63,276 bases of DNA, filler included, from Reticulomyxa filosa (GCA_000512085.1; 17 parts of 17 records of this genome joined end to end with filler, not necessarily neighbours in it); one strand, 5' to 3'; positions 23,514-38,174 are shown, counted from the first letter of the whole stretch. A program made the numbers and translations. Notes: generated from the sequence alone by a model not told the origin.

Positions 23514-25066
23514 ATTACACTTTCTTAGGATTTCTGCAAATTTTGTGTAAGCTTCATTTCAAATTTCCTTGGAGGGAGAAGGGGAGAGTCAACGCTTTTT
23601 ACTTTTTAATCTTTGGTTTTCATTGTATGTTAGCAGTAATTGTTTAAAGTAATTAATGCTTCGAGGTTATTCTTAAATACATATGATTATGTCCATACAT
23701 TAAACGCACAGCGTATCAACTAAAATGTCGCCTAAGATTACTTGGTTTTCGGATGGTGGAAATTATTTACACAAAATGAATTATAATTTTGTGACATACT
23801 ACTTTCATATACATATTATTATACAATTTTTTTTTTTTTTTTTGAGTTTTATTTCGCAAACAATCTTCTAAGTGTTTGTGTTCAACGTTTTTATGGTTCT
23901 GGAAATTTCTGTGCTCTTTAGCTTTTTTATACTTGTCAGATTTTTAAAGTTTGTGATGGTGTTACTTAATTAATAAAACATTTTTAATTCTTTTGTTTAC
24001 TGGTTGAAAAAATTTGTCTAAGTGCTTGCTTTTTTTCAGCAGTCAAAATAATTTTTGTTTGTAGGAGGCATATGTACACAAAAACTTAGTACATATCGTT
24101 TACAGGTAAATGCTTGACATTTATATCTAAGTTCTTAGTCTAGTGTTTGCGTCTTAGGTGTTTGTGATTGATTATTTTTTTAAGGTGTATGAGCTGATCG
24201 AATTTAAGTTCGACTGTCCACAGGACATAATAGCATTCATAAAAATGACAACCAAATTAAATTCAAAGTACAACTATTTATTTTTGTAAAATATAAAAAA
24301 GACAAGAATTTATCAAACTTAAAACTTGTTTTTCTTTGATTACAACCGCTCAAGTAGTAAAAAAGAGGAAACGTTCATCTCAAAGAAAATGAAATCCCAT
24401 GGAAAACACAGACTTGAAATGGTGTGGGAATGAAAGAGCATTGAGATTTTATTTTTTGTCAAAACTAAGCTTTTTGTTTTTTAATTTTTTGTGTAAGAAC
24501 TTCATACAAACAGTACTAGAGAACAAAACAGCAAAGCTAGAGCATGAACAAAATTTTTAAAATTTTTTTCAAAATGTCTATTTTTTAGTGCAAAGAGGAG
24601 TCTTTTGGATCTTTATGCCTGTTGTACGCATTCATTGTCATTGATAAAGAAGTATAGTCTTTGCAAGTGTAACAAAAACCATAGCTAAGAATCTTTGAAC
24701 TACCTCAAGCACGTGCAATAGTTTTTTACTCAGTATGTATCCCTTTTTTGTTGCAACGCACGTGTTGCTTTGATTGTGCAGGGATGCAGAGGCCACTTTT
24801 GGCTCTATGCTCGCAATATAGCCGAATTTAAAATATGTTTGAAAATTTGGGCATTACGAATTTTTTAATAATTTAAAAAAAAACGATACGAGTAATGATT
24901 TGAACCACTTACAACAGCGCAAAAAAAAAAAGATGAAAAAGAAAGTATATTTTTGCAAATTAAAAAGCGTCTCCCTCATCAAGACTCCCTCTTTTCTTTG
25001 GCACATAGAAGACGAGCAAACGAGGAAGAAAAAATTCAATTGCGGGATGATACAGCTATACGTATG

Positions 25067-26144
25067 TCAGCGTGTACACAAACAAATGCGATCAAAAACG
25101 GGTTTTGCAAAGCCAAATGACAAGAGCATAGTGGAGCAATTGATACAGAGATCAATGACTACAACCGACCAAAGTGCTTCATTCCAACCGCGCATAGATA
25201 CTATCAAATAGACAGAAAACGTAGATAGCTCCGTGATCAAAAACAACCGCAATAGTTTTTTTAAATATCCTTTCAAGTCGTTTTGAAGTTGATTGTTCGG
25301 CATTTCATTCTCGTTTGCTACCTTTTATTTTTTTTTTTAAAAGATACCTGACAAAAGTTTAGAGGGAAAATTAAAAAAAAAAAAAAAAATTGGACCTAAT
25401 CACTATAAAGTACTTTGTTTAAAATTTGCAAGACCATCCCATTCCAAAAAAAAAAAAAAAAAAAAAATTGTATATAACTTTGCAGGTATGATAGACTAAA
25501 AAGGAAAATAAAGTGATATTCCAAAACAAATGAACAATGAGGAGCAACCCAAGGAGCACAGAGGTGATGATGTTGGTATCGTCACAATGGGCGAGTTGCA
25601 ACTGTAGGTTATAACCAAATAACGCAATACCAAAGGTAATCGTTGGAGCAATCCTAAAAAACATCTCTTGGTGTTTGGAGATTTCAAAGATACTCCCTTG
25701 CAGAATTACCGTTGTGCGCACCAAATAGAAGGAATATAAAAGTCCTTCGATGAACACTCGCAAATATATGATATAGAATCCGCGAATACATGCCTTACCG
25801 GAACTTTCCACCAATGCATAGATCAAGTGCTCACATATGTTTCCAACACATATCGCAAAACAACCAATTATGTACAGCGTCATGATCCACTTAATCCTGA
25901 TGTCAATGTCTGCTGGACTAGGGTCAGTTGTACTCACTTCTATCGTCATATCTCTCCTTTGCGTGGACAGCTGAATTTCTTTGATCATCTCACTGCTTAC
26001 TTTCCCTTGTGTCACTGTCCACATGTTGCGCCGGACTATCTGCAACAGCCAAAGACAATACACACTGCAGAACAAATTTATCACAAGGGTGATAATCAAA
26101 GCAGTCTCGGAATGATAACCCGCTTTTTGAGCATCCAAGTGCAT
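25067..26144 (-). CDS. 7-TM GPCR-like membrane protein; 2 exons (26144-25479, 25321-25067)
   Basis: Five hydrophobic helices in exon 1 and two in exon 2. The exons join in frame (HTCK|VANENE) across GT-AG intron 25478-25322. There is a Cys-containing C-tail (DRICLC). Confidence 0.7.
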
Positions 26145-28709
26145 CTATTTGAAAAATCTTTTTTAAAAAGACGTGTAAAGGGGTTTTCAACAACTAGTAT
26201 CCACTAAAACATACAGATTTATTTGGTTCAAATAGGGAAATAATAGAGCACAATAATCCTCAACATCAAATTTTCAATTGAAAGAAACCTGATAATCTAT
26301 CATAACTGAAGGAATATTTTTTTAAGAGTTTTTCTGCAAGTTCAGTTTACGCTAAACAGCTTGAAAGGATATTTAAACAGTTGTTGCAGTTACTTTTCAT
26401 CAGAGATATCCACATTTTGGGTCTATTTGACAGTGTGTGTTTGGAATAAAGTCTTTATTCGATTGTGATCATTAAGCTCTGTAGTTAGTTTTGTACCTGT
26501 TTCCGACTCTGTAACATTCTATGGGCAGCGCATACAGTAGAGAGAAATACATCATGAAATCTTTTGAACTTGTTATATTTGCTTATTTCGTTAGTTTGTC
26601 TTTATTATATCTCTTTCTTCATATTATGATTATTAACTCGTGTTTGTGTTTGAAGCATCCAAAGATTATTCATTTTTTTTTCAAAAAAGATGGAGTTTTA
26701 TCGATAAAATATATTCCAAAATAAATTTTGTGAATTTCAATAATTATTATAAACGAAAATATGTGCTACGACTGATCGATAATAAATATTATTTGCTTAT
26801 GATTTATTTTCATTTCACTGACTGATTCTTTCGTATAATCACGAAGTGTGGCATTGTATGTTTACAGTTGTACGTTTTTTCAATGAAATTTCAAAAAAAA
26901 AATATCGAGAAATAAACTAATATTATCACTACGGATTGTAAAGAAGTGTAAGTTGTTCTCTTTTGTGGAAGAAGAAGGCCAGAGAAAAAAAAGAGGAAGC
27001 AGATCTCAAAAAAAAAAAAAAAAAGATGAGTCTAGTTCTTGCTGGACTACGAAGGATAGTGTGGTTCGTAAGCGAATGCAAGAGACATGCACATACATTG
27101 TTGACAAGTCCTTGGGGTCAGCTACTGTTGTTTCTGACATCAGTCAATTATGTAAGGATCAAATGGTAAACAAGTGCGCAAAGGTAGCACGTCTAACTTA
27201 ACAACAGCAATTAAAAACAAAGGTCATCCATTAGCACCCTGGGTGTCCCTCCCTCTTCCCCTTCCCAAAATATTCAACTACCTCCACATTCACTGCAATC
27301 AAAAAAACAGCAAGCAGACAGCCCAACTCAACCCAACACAACACACCATCAAAAAAAAAAAAAAAAAAAAAGGCCAACAATCAAAGGACATTGGAAGCGA
27401 ATGAAACAACTACGATCATTTGTCATGTTGGTATACGACCTGACCAAAACCCCTTCCCAACAGTTCAACTTCAAAAAAAAAAAAAAANNNNNNNNNNNNN
27501 NNNNNNNNNNNNNNNNNNNNNNNNNNNNNNNTTAATTAATTAANNNNNNNNNNNNNNNNNNNNNNNNNNNNNNNNNNNNNNNNNNNNATTTATTTTGGAA
27601 TTTTTGTCCATTTGATAAAGATACGTGAAAAATATTTGCACTAAAATTGAATTTTGATATTTGATACTTTTGAGAAAACAGACCAATAACACAATAATAG
27701 ACTTAAACTATAATTACTGAATTAAAAAACAATTTTCTATTTACACAAACAAAAACAGTGTCATTTCAAAAAAAGGTTCAAAAAAATTAAAAAATGACTC
27801 ACAATTTTAAATATTACCACATTTTTATTAAAAAATACTGATTAAAAGTAATTTTTCGGTTTTGTACAGATTTTTTAAAATCAGGCTAATTTTATGCAGG
27901 AATTTCTGAAGATATTTTTCTTGAATTATTTGCATAAAAGGGCTTTGTGGTGTAAAGTCGAATAAAAATATTTTTATTTCTTTCGTAGTATGTGAACAAT
28001 CACTTCAGTTACATTAATATCTTTAAAACAGGATAAAAACAGAAAATCAGCTAAAGTGTGAGTACAAGGGGCATAGTTCATTTTTTTTATTTTGGCAGAT
28101 GTAATGTTTTTCTTTTGAAAACAAGCTAAAAGATCTTGTTCCTTACCTATTGTCAGTGAACATGAAGATGTTTTCATGTGATTACAAGCAAGGTTTTGAT
28201 TTTTTTTTGTTCAACCTCAGTCACCGTTACGAAACGTTGGGGAAAATAATGTATGATTACAATAGATTCACGCAAAAGAGGACCACTTGTGCACGCACAA
28301 TAGCTTTTATTTTATCAATATTAATAATCACAAACGATTTATATATTCTCTCCCAAGACTTTTTTGAAGTGTGAAATAAAGAATTTTTTAATGAGTGATA
28401 ACCAAAGGGAAAGACAAATATTTTTATTTTTTCATCGCATTAAGATCTACAATGGAAAAATTGTACTGTTTATAATTCAAAAATAATCATCAATTACAAA
28501 ATTATCATTTTCATCTTCTTCTATTGTTACATTAACTCCATCAAAATTATCAATATATAAAAATTTTTAATTGTTGGAATTAATAATTTCTGAGAGGATT
28601 TGTTTTGTTNNNNNNNNNNNNNNNNNNNNNNNNNNNNNNNNNNNNNNNNNNNNTTAATTAATTAANNNNNNNNNNNNNNNNNNNNNNNNNNNNNNNNNNN
28701 NNNNNNNNN

Positions 28710-30900
28710 TAAAGCGAAAACTGTAGTTGGTAGCGGTAATAGCATTTTGTGGTGTGTACCTGATATCTTGCGTAACAGGAAAAGCGCGGCCTGATTTCGT
28801 ATGCAATGGTAGCAATCGTAAATGGATTTTTGTTGACAATGCTGTCTCTATTTTGAAACGTGATAGCGAACGTTCAACAACAAAGACCATGACGACAGGC
28901 ACAGCCATGACGCAGACCTCTTCAATGTGCTCAAACATTGGAATCAGTGGTGGTGATGCGTCATCCAATTCCAACGGCGCCCAAAGAAAGAGCTAATAAA
29001 ATAGCGAAATCAGAATTACGACACAAAGAAATTGTATTTGAAAATGTTAGCAGGACAGCAAGACGACCGCCGATGAACAAGAAAAACTTGTCGTTGTGGA
29101 AATTTGTACTAGTTTATAGATTGCTCACTTTTACTGGACTGTCTCGGAATCGGAGACATGCATTTTATTGTTCTTCAAGTGACGGACAATGCGGTGGATA
29201 CAAGTATCGAGTCGCATCCAACAAATCGTCCGTCAGCCCATAGCCACTTTGATTTGGGTTTGAATCGACGTGAGTTTTGAATTGTAATGCCGTTGAATCA
29301 TGGTACGAGAAACAAGAAAAGCGAAACAAATGCAAAAAGAAAGAAAAATAATAGAATAAGTCCAAGACTGAAGAAAAAGAATAAAATAATGGTATCCTCC
29401 CTCCTTGGATCGTGCCAGTCCAAACGTCGGACATGTTTGTTATTGTAAATACTCTCATTACAAGGGCGACGAGAACGGATGGGCTTCGTATTTTGAAAGA
29501 ATCCAATCGTGATATGGTATTATAATAGTTGGACAAGATTCTCTCAAATAAATCCCGGACAATCTTGATTTTGCAGTCAGGCGGCACCAAGGTCCAGTTT
29601 CCGAGATAAAAGAAAAGGAAAATGTGATAATATCGCCCAAAGTACTAACGATATGGAAATTATGGCGTCACAGCGAGAAAAAGATGAAGAAAAAGAAGTG
29701 AAAGTGGTTACATGTGGCGGTCGAGCAAACCACGACATCGGAAGAGGATGAGAAAGAGAAGAAAGAGCTCCAAGACTCTGGGAAGGACTATACAGCGTTG
29801 GATTATTTTTTTTAAATAAAAAAAAGCTATTGTCGACTTTGCTGCGTTTAGCTATGAAATGGCTCTTTACGCAAGCAACTGGCGACTTTGCGCATTCTTG
29901 GGTATATACTGGCTTGTCATAGTGCGTCGCAACGGAAGTTGATGGAAGAGTGTGAAAATGGAAATGGTGACAATGACGAAATTCAGCACATGTTCTTCAT
30001 TGTCAATTGTTGCAAGATATTGGACTGGTGTTGTGTTTATGCCAATATTTGCATGCCATTTCTGTATTCAATAGGCTTGGCTCGGTGTGCACGGAAGAGC
30101 TAATCTTGCTGTGTCATTGATTACGAAAAGCATCACGCCGTGGTAACCGACAATTGAATCAGCAATTCGAAAGTCACTTCACCATTTAGCTAAACAATAC
30201 AATGGATCGCTTCAATGTGTTGGGCCTGCTGGGTGGATACGTGGGCAAGGTCAGTGTCAGAGGTCGATTGTATCATACTCACTCACTCCTCATACTGAAG
30301 ACATCATCGCTGTGGATACGAATTATTTGGTTACCAAAAACAGAATCACTCGGATTCGAGAAGTGGAAAAATTTGTTATTGACAAGGCCTCCACTCAAAA
30401 AATGATAGCGCTATAGTGGACGAGCCTTTCAATGTTACCAACTTCTACAGAGTCCGTTTAACCGTCCAAAATGGATACTTGATGGGGCATTGCCATAACA
30501 TTCGAAAGAGCTCAATTTACGGCATCACACAAACTTGTTGTTATGGTTGGTCACTTATGTGCGCCGGGCCCTTTCATGTTATACCGGACATTATAAATCG
30601 TATTTGGGTCCATCGCTTGAAAAAGTTTTTATATGTACATATATTTTTTTTTTATGTATACATCAAATAATTATTATACGTATATTGATTATATTTTATA
30701 TGTGTTGCTTCAAATTTTTGAATAGACATTTCAAAGTGTACACTACGTGAAGTTTTGGAATGCAGATGGACACGCTGTTGCTACTTACATTGCAATTGGT
30801 GCTACAGATAGTCCCCACAACAACAGCAATGGCAACAATAGCAGCAGTATCGATGGTTATTACAGTACATGAACGTAAAAGAAGTGGGGCAATATCATAG
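28710..30900 (+). pseudogene. Decayed copy of a large protein-coding gene (identity not determined)
   Basis: About 2 kb of coding-like composition with short protein-like ORFs (LRILGYILAC, MDRFNVLGLLGGYVGKVSV) broken by stops and frameshifts in all frames. Confidence 0.45.
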
Positions 30901-31493
30901 TCGAACTGTTGCTGATGGAAATATAATATGTCAAATTATAGAGCCACACAACACATGCAGCTGTCATTTCTTCAATGAAATTCATTTTGTTCATTATTGA
31001 ACAAAAATCTATTTTAGTGACGGTGTGCATCTAGTATGGATTATGGTATTGCGCTTTGAGTGGCGTATAATTATTTTTTTAAAAAAAAAGGTCCATATCA
31101 AACGTAGTGTGGTGCATGATGAATTGAAAGTGGTGAACTGATTATATGCAACCTATATCCCAAGTTATAATGTTTTCTTATAATGTGGTTGGAAGATATT
31201 TGAAACATGTATAATCAATACACAAATATATAACACAGATCTTCAAAGAACACAAAATTTGTCTATCTAGCAATTGGAGAGGGTTGCGGTGCCAGCAAGC
31301 AAGCGGAGCAAAGTTCAAACAACTCCAAAGTTGATGGCATTATCGATCTCAAGGTGTTTATTTGACAATTGACTCAATTTTTTGCTCAAAAAANNNNNNN
31401 NNNNNNNNNNNNNNNNNNNNNNNNNNNNNNNNNNNNNTTAATTAATTAANNNNNNNNNNNNNNNNNNNNNNNNNNNNNNNNNNNNNNNNNNNN

Positions 31494-33182
31494 GCGTTGG
31501 AGAAACAAACACAAACTGCTGTGATGGACGACGACACGGAAATGAAACAAATAGCCAAAGTGGACGAAATCAAGAGCGATGAAATTGACATCCTCGAATT
31601 TGATCATCGCGATATTTTTGTATTGGAGGCCTGCTATGACTTGAATCGCTTGCTACCAACCCAAATCGAGAAATTAGCAAAGCAACGTATTCGACAACTC
31701 TTAAACAACAAGCGTCCCATGAGCGAACGCGAAACTGCAGCCAAGCGCTTGACATTGCTGCCCAGTTTCACATATTCCGACATTGTCGAGTTTTTGTCGG
31801 AACACAAGCCCAAAGAGTTGGGAGTCAAAATTACCGAGGCTTTGATTAAAGGTGTTATGTATGGAGACGACATGTTGGCCCCCTTGCATTATCTATTGAC
31901 ACCGGAAATGCTGAGCTCACAGCAAGCTCGAGTTGCAGCCTATGCCATCCCCAAGTGTCTGTCGTATGCTCCTCATACCACGTTTACAAATATTATGAAG
32001 GCAGTGCTGACTGGAGAACGACGAACGAAAATGAAAATCACCGCGTATAAACAAGTGATTCGCATGCTTACCAGCAATCCCACGCCCAGACATTTGCGTA
32101 TGGTGCTGTACGAATGGAAACGCAAGAACCTGCACCGAGATGTCCGCATTGTGATATTGACCGAGGTGTTCAAGATCTTGGCGGCAGATCGTCCTTTGGA
32201 GTCACTCGTGAACACGGCTTGGAAAATCTTGGAGTCGTGCGTGAATGATCCGAACACCAATTCGAACGACGAAATCATGATTGCACTCATCGGTCGGTTC
32301 AACACGTCGAGTCATAGTTTCAAGGAGATTAGTTTCAAACCAAGAATTTTGGAGCACTTGGACACGTTTTCTTCGATTGCGTTCAAAACGGAATATCGAG
32401 ACCGATTACGTGACAAACTGTTGTTGGTGTTGGTAAAGCGAATTTATGAAATCTATTTCACAAAAGAGAATCCGGAAGAAACAAAGAAAGACAAGGCCAC
32501 AGAAGAAAATGAGAAGAAGACAAAAGACAAAAAAGATGTTGCCAACGAAAAGCGTAAAAAAAAGAGCCGAATTGCAGAAGATGAACGGCTGATCCGAGAT
32601 CAATGGGAAGCTAATGATGACAATATTGAAGTGAGTGTGGATGGTAGCAGCACATGGGTCAGTGGAGTGATTTCAAAGCGTCACATTGAAAGCAATGTTG
32701 GTGAGTTTATTACTGTGTCTTACAAAGACTCCTCTTCTTCGCAAACAAAGACCAAGGAATTCCGAATCTTTGATACCAAACATATTCGTCCCAAGCACAA
32801 AGAGCTGAAACGATCGATTCGTATCGACAGCGCCGCTGATATGCCTTACATTGCCTTGCGTGTAGCATTGGACACCATTTCCACTTTTTACCAATCGTCA
32901 CATGAACACGACACTGGATCCAAGTTATTTGTTGATACCATGGGCCAAGTCAGTCAAGATATTGTTCTGAACTTTGACGAAAAGTTTTTATATCATCCCA
33001 AGCCCGATATTCGTCGAATTTACGAACAGAGATTCATCATGGCTGTCCAAATCTTACGAAAGCTTTTAGGCTTTGAATGCAACAGATATAACACATATCT
33101 CTTGGATGAAAAAATATGGCTTAATATTATATCCACCATTTTCAATCGTTTCTTGGATAGATTGGAAGCTTGCACTCCACAT
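31494..33182 (+). CDS. Large helical-repeat hypothetical protein with inserted Tudor/Agenet-like module, internal fragment
   Basis: Uninterrupted ~560-codon ORF with an alpha-helical body (ARVAAYAIPKCL, KITAYKQVIRML, WKRKNLHRDVRIVIL) and a beta-rich insert (WEANDDNIEV..TWVSGVISK..GEFITVSY..HIRP). Confidence 0.8.
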
Positions 33183-33559
33183 GTTAATATATATGTACAT
33201 ATACATATACATATATATCGAATTAACATATTATACCATATACATATATAAATATATAAATAGGAAAATCGATTGTGTTCCGCTTTGACCCATCGATTAA
33301 ATTTATTGATGGAAAATCTGCANNNNNNNNNNNNNNNNNNNNNNNNNNNNNNNNNNNNNNNNNNNNTTAATTAATTAANNNNNNNNNNNNNNNNNNNNNN
33401 NNNNNNNNNNNNNNNNNNNNNNAAAGAGATTGCAGTTAGAAGTGTCAAGATACTTCGATATCTCTTAAGTTTTGAAGGATATTTTAAAAGTCAAGTAAGG
33501 ATTTCAAACGTCGTCTAGTCCAAGAAAATTCCGGACCAAGAAAGAAACAATAAAATTCT

Positions 33560-34640
33560 AACTAGAAAATTTTTAACTAGTAAAATTTGATTTTGTGAGA
33601 TTGTGGCATAAATATTTTTGTTACCTTTTGGCAACGTTTTTTGTTGCAGTTCATTTTGGGGGAGCTTCGTCGGTTCAGCATCGTGTGACTGTGAGAGGTG
33701 GAAGTGCTTTTAAACTTACTGCGTATCATGTCATCAGTCGCTTTAAATGTACCGATCAATCCTTGTTTAGCCTTAAGAGTGTTAGACGCTTTCGGGAAAT
33801 TAGCATTCTCGAGGCAAATACCTGTCTTTTGTGTTTGGCAGAACTACGGTCGGGTAATTTCTACTAAACATCGGGCAAAACCGAAATACACTCGCTGATA
33901 ACAAGGCTTGTGAAGGCGATCCGGACGGTCGAGGCAAGGTGTCTTTACCCCAATTGGCTCTACTGCAAGCCATGCTGTGACAAATCCCCCACATGGAATT
34001 GGATTAAGAATCCAATCTAATGGTAAGGCAGACATGTTAACTACACTTTCGAACATGCCTGCCACTAGTGAATTATCAAATGCCAGTATGCATGGTGGTA
34101 TTGGAAATGGTATTGATATGCCTGACACCGCAACGACAATCCAAAATGACGTCGAATAATGACATGGACGTCGACACAAATGGCACAAGGCGAATAGCCA
34201 TAAAACGAAAGACGCCAGATGACAGATTAAAGGATGAAGTTTCAAAGAAAGCAAAGCACCAATCTTCGACGTTTCAGCTCGAGTATGCAACAAAACGAAG
34301 AAAAGAATATTGATGAAATCACATTTGAAAATGTGTGGAAGAAAGACACGCAAGTTTCAACTAGCTCATAACTTCAATGATGAGAAGGATGGACAAATAG
34401 AATAAAAAGAAAATCAAGATGGTAAACATATTGTAAGGCAGCCAAGATGTGACATTTATCATAAAATATTCGCTGCTGAACAAAAGAAAAAGCGTGAAGA
34501 AGCAGTGACTAATATCAACTCGCGAAAGCGAGTGCAAAATCAGATAGACATTGGATATCAAATACAAGAAGTAAAACGATTTTATAAGATGCCAATTGTC
34601 AAGGTGCTTCTATCCAAGACTGAAGATGTTGTCAAGATGA
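33560..34640 (+). mobile_element. Dispersed repeat: probable 5' region/ORF1 start of a decayed non-LTR retrotransposon
   Basis: Homologous to 47830-48400 (-), including an identical 35-mer (33894-33928). It carries a frameshifted ORF1-like sequence (KRKTPDD..KKAK; IGYQIQEVKRFYKMPIVKV). Confidence 0.55.
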
Positions 34641-34784
34641 AAAATAAATAAATAAATAAATATNNNNNNNNNNNNNNNNNNNNNNNNNNNNNNNNNNNNN
34701 NNNNNNNTTAATTAATTAANNNNNNNNNNNNNNNNNNNNNNNNNNNNNNNNNNNNNNNNNNNNGATTTTGTGTTTTATGCTTGC

Positions 34785-35030
34785 TTAAGCGGAAAACGCT
34801 ACTCGGATTCTTTTCGTACTTTGTTGCAACTCAACTTGGGCTAAATGAATGTTGCCCTTCGCTTTCGTTCGACACTTTGTGTGCTCTGGTTTTTCATAGT
34901 AGGCAAGGGTGCGGTCGTCGTACAGAACAAAGTAACGCTTTTTCCAATCTGTATTAAAACTCCCTTTTTTATATAGCCAGCCTTCAAACAATTTCTCACT
35001 GTCGATCTCTATATTTGACATTGGCACGGG
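34785..35030 (-). CDS. PH-domain exon (partial gene)
   Basis: FEGWLYKKGSFNTDWKKRYFVLYDDRTLAYYEKP...AKGNIHL is a classic PH domain N-half and runs toward the linker. Confidence 0.8.
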   Translation of the reverse strand, partial: PVPMSNIEIDSEKLFEGWLYKKGSFNTDWKKRYFVLYDDRTLAYYEKPEHTKCRTKAKGNIHLAQVELQQSTKRIRVAFSA

Positions 35031-38000
35031 AAAATGAATTCCTTTTTTTTTTGTTTAAAAAATTGATTCTAAGGTCTTAGTCTGACAAGGGGGAGAGTAC
35101 GTCAAACAGTGAAGGTGCAGCCTTTTTTTGTTTATTTTTGAAATTTTTGTAATTGTCATCAATAAGTTTTTTTATTTTCTAGGTCAACAAAGTACGACAT
35201 TGCACACAATAGAATAAAACAGCTGGTATCCAACTCAAATTGTTGCAGAACTGAATGATGAACATTTTAATGTATTTTCTTGAAGATTAACTTTCGCTGT
35301 GAATAAAAAAATGTCTTTCTGAACGTTGAAGTCGAAAAGGGAAGAGCTCATTTCATAGAGTAAAAATAATAATTCACTTTTATATAAACTGAAAAGTCAA
35401 AATCTCGTCAAAAATGAATCTAATTGCTCTAACCATCAAAGAGACTTTACACTTGCTCACGACAGCTTCCTTAAATTTGATCTATATGTTAATTCCACTC
35501 CAAGACGTAAACACGAAATCCTGATTGTGGATAATTACAAAAGAGACGTTCCTCTTATGATGCACAAAAACAAGTACAAGTTTATTTACTCGTGTCAGGG
35601 TATATCAGATTAAATGGACATTGTGTGAATACCTCAGGCCAAAATGGCAACAGTATTCAAATGAAATTGCTTTGCTACCTTTTGGCGAGAAATATAAAGA
35701 CGAAATACATTGGCAATGGAATATGCAAGTGTTTGAGGTAATGATAAAAAGTAACAAGGAAAAGTAATTTATTGACAAAACAAACGAATTTCAATTGAAA
35801 GAAATAAAGACTGCTATAAGGAGATATATGCAGTAATTGATAGAAGCAATAATCGCCATTCTTGAAACAATATTGCTGTGTTTAATTTGAATCGTGACCA
35901 AAACAAAATTAATATAATTGTATTAAAATTAGAGTATGATGCTTGAATTAATGGATCAAAATAAAGAGAAAAACAAACAATGATAAAATTGTGTTATTTT
36001 GTTCAAAGAATTAAGATGAAAATGACATCATGGCTGTATTTCATAAAGTGCATGTTTGTAAAGCAATCAAATTGTTTTCTTTCATTATGCTTTTGTATTT
36101 GTCAATAATATTATTTATCAGAAATGGAAGAGATTAATATAGACTTTGAAAAATATAAATGTAAAAGTCAAAAATAAATGAATTTTTTTCTGAACACCGA
36201 ACACGTTATGTCAATTTGTTTGGAAATTCAGAAGCTTTGATTCAGTGTTCATATCCTTTATTATTTGAATTTGCTTTCTTAATTGAGTTCTTTTTACTTT
36301 TCAGGATCGTTAAAAAAAATTAGCTTTCAAAAAAGAAAATGACGTTGTCTTTTTTGCAAAAACATTATTAATCGCAAAAGTTTGAGGAAACAGAAAAATG
36401 AATGCACAAACGAACTATCCAAGGAGGAAACACGTGGAGATAAAAGATGTTTTCAGCAGCACCAACAGAGAAGAATGCAAGAAGTATTAAAATCTGGACC
36501 TTATTTGGATTGTTTATTTCAGATATCAAAATACAATTACATTGAAAAACAACGACAACCATTAGAGTACGGCACACTTGACAATAACGAATCACAAAAC
36601 GAAACGAATTGTATTAAAAGAAACACAAAACAAATCAATGTGTTGACTTGTTATATCATCGAAGAAATTGTGCAGACAAAATTGCCAAAATATATATATT
36701 TGGCAATGTTGTGTTCATTTTTATCTTGTGTGCACTCCAAGGTCGTGATTAGTTTTGGTTTGCTTTTGCTCGATAATAACAATGGTATTCAATCGAATGC
36801 GCCTTTGGCAACAGCCAATACAATCGGCGAAGAACATAGAGAAAGTGCGCTGGTGCAACTGTGATCCCAAGATTAGACCATTGCATCGACGCGACTTCAA
36901 GTGCCCAATGACGAAATAGCGACAAAATGGAATCAATAGAAATGATAATGGAAATCGCAATGGATTGTAAGGCAGTATTTGTGGCATTATTTTTATTCAC
37001 ATTAAATACAATGACTTGGTCATTGCTATAATGCATGCGTTCTCAAGGATCGCTTCATTTCGCCAATGTAGGAACAGTCCTGCCATCGCAAATGAGAGTA
37101 CGACCCATGCCAGTCCCCTTGCCTAGGACAAAGCGACGACTCAACGCATTAAACAAGGACGGGATATGGTATTAAGTGTTTGTGCATTGTGCGAAGGATG
37201 TCTACTATTTTCTCGACTCGCATGCCACCTTGGAAAAGATCAACCAATTTGTACTTACCTGAGTGGAGATGGTACTCTCAATATTGTAGATGGACCGATA
37301 TTGTTTCCCGATCCAACTTCTTCTTCTTCATTTGCGGTTCCATCATCTACACCATCAATGGACTTAATATATCCTAGTTGTTGTAAACACAAAGACAACA
37401 AAACAATAACTTAATTCAAACTGCTTTAAAAGAAAGACAAAATAATCAATATTTCCTAACTTCGATCTTCTTTCAAATGTATTATAATAATATAATGAAA
37501 TCACCCAATTCAATCATTTCCTTCCAATCTCCCTTGACGACAATAGCCAATGTTCTTTTGTAATCAAATTGCAATATACTATCTTCCACCAAATCATCAC
37601 GAAGATCATACCAATTCTATATCGGAAATGTCTCCATGGATCTTTGGTGTGTCGATGTCGGGAGCCACATATATATATGTATATATAATCGCAAATGCAT
37701 GTGAATGATAACGACTGATATTTAATCAATTATGCATATCGATAGCTTGATTGAAAGTTGTGTGCCAAGTTGAATGGGTTATGTGACCATAAGCACATAA
37801 CGTTCATTGTCACTGTACTTCGTCTCGATTAATATCATTCATAACAACTCATAGTCTTGGTGACACATGTCAACACCTTTTAGAGGTTGGTTGTGCAGAT
37901 CCTCTTTATTTGCACTTGCTTCTTTTGATAAGTTTATCATGCACGACTCATTAGCACTTGTTATATTTCTTGAATCCATATGTTCGTAATATAATTGATG

Positions 38001-38174
38001 GGCATTTTTTTTCCTTTCTTTTTCTTTTTCCCTTCCTTAATGTTCTCTTTCTTTTTCTTTTACTACAAACCTGAAAAGATCTATGTCCACATTGTTACAT
38101 ATTACAACAACTGAAAACAGAATAAAAATAAAATATATAACTTGAACTAGAACATATGATTGATCTTTGCCATT

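Noticed and set aside
28710-30900. Stop-codon reassignment to explain stop-ridden coding-like DNA
   Set aside because: Conserved genes have no in-frame stops and end in TAA or TGA, and the broken regions also contain frameshifts. This indicates pseudogene decay.
33894-33928. Hammerhead ribozyme in the conserved repeat core
   Set aside because: CTGATAA does not match CUGANGA, and no GAAA/stem arrangement could be built.
36382-37414. ORFs 36382-36864 and 37166-37414 as genes
   Set aside because: There is no consistent exon structure or motif, so these are probably degenerate sequence.
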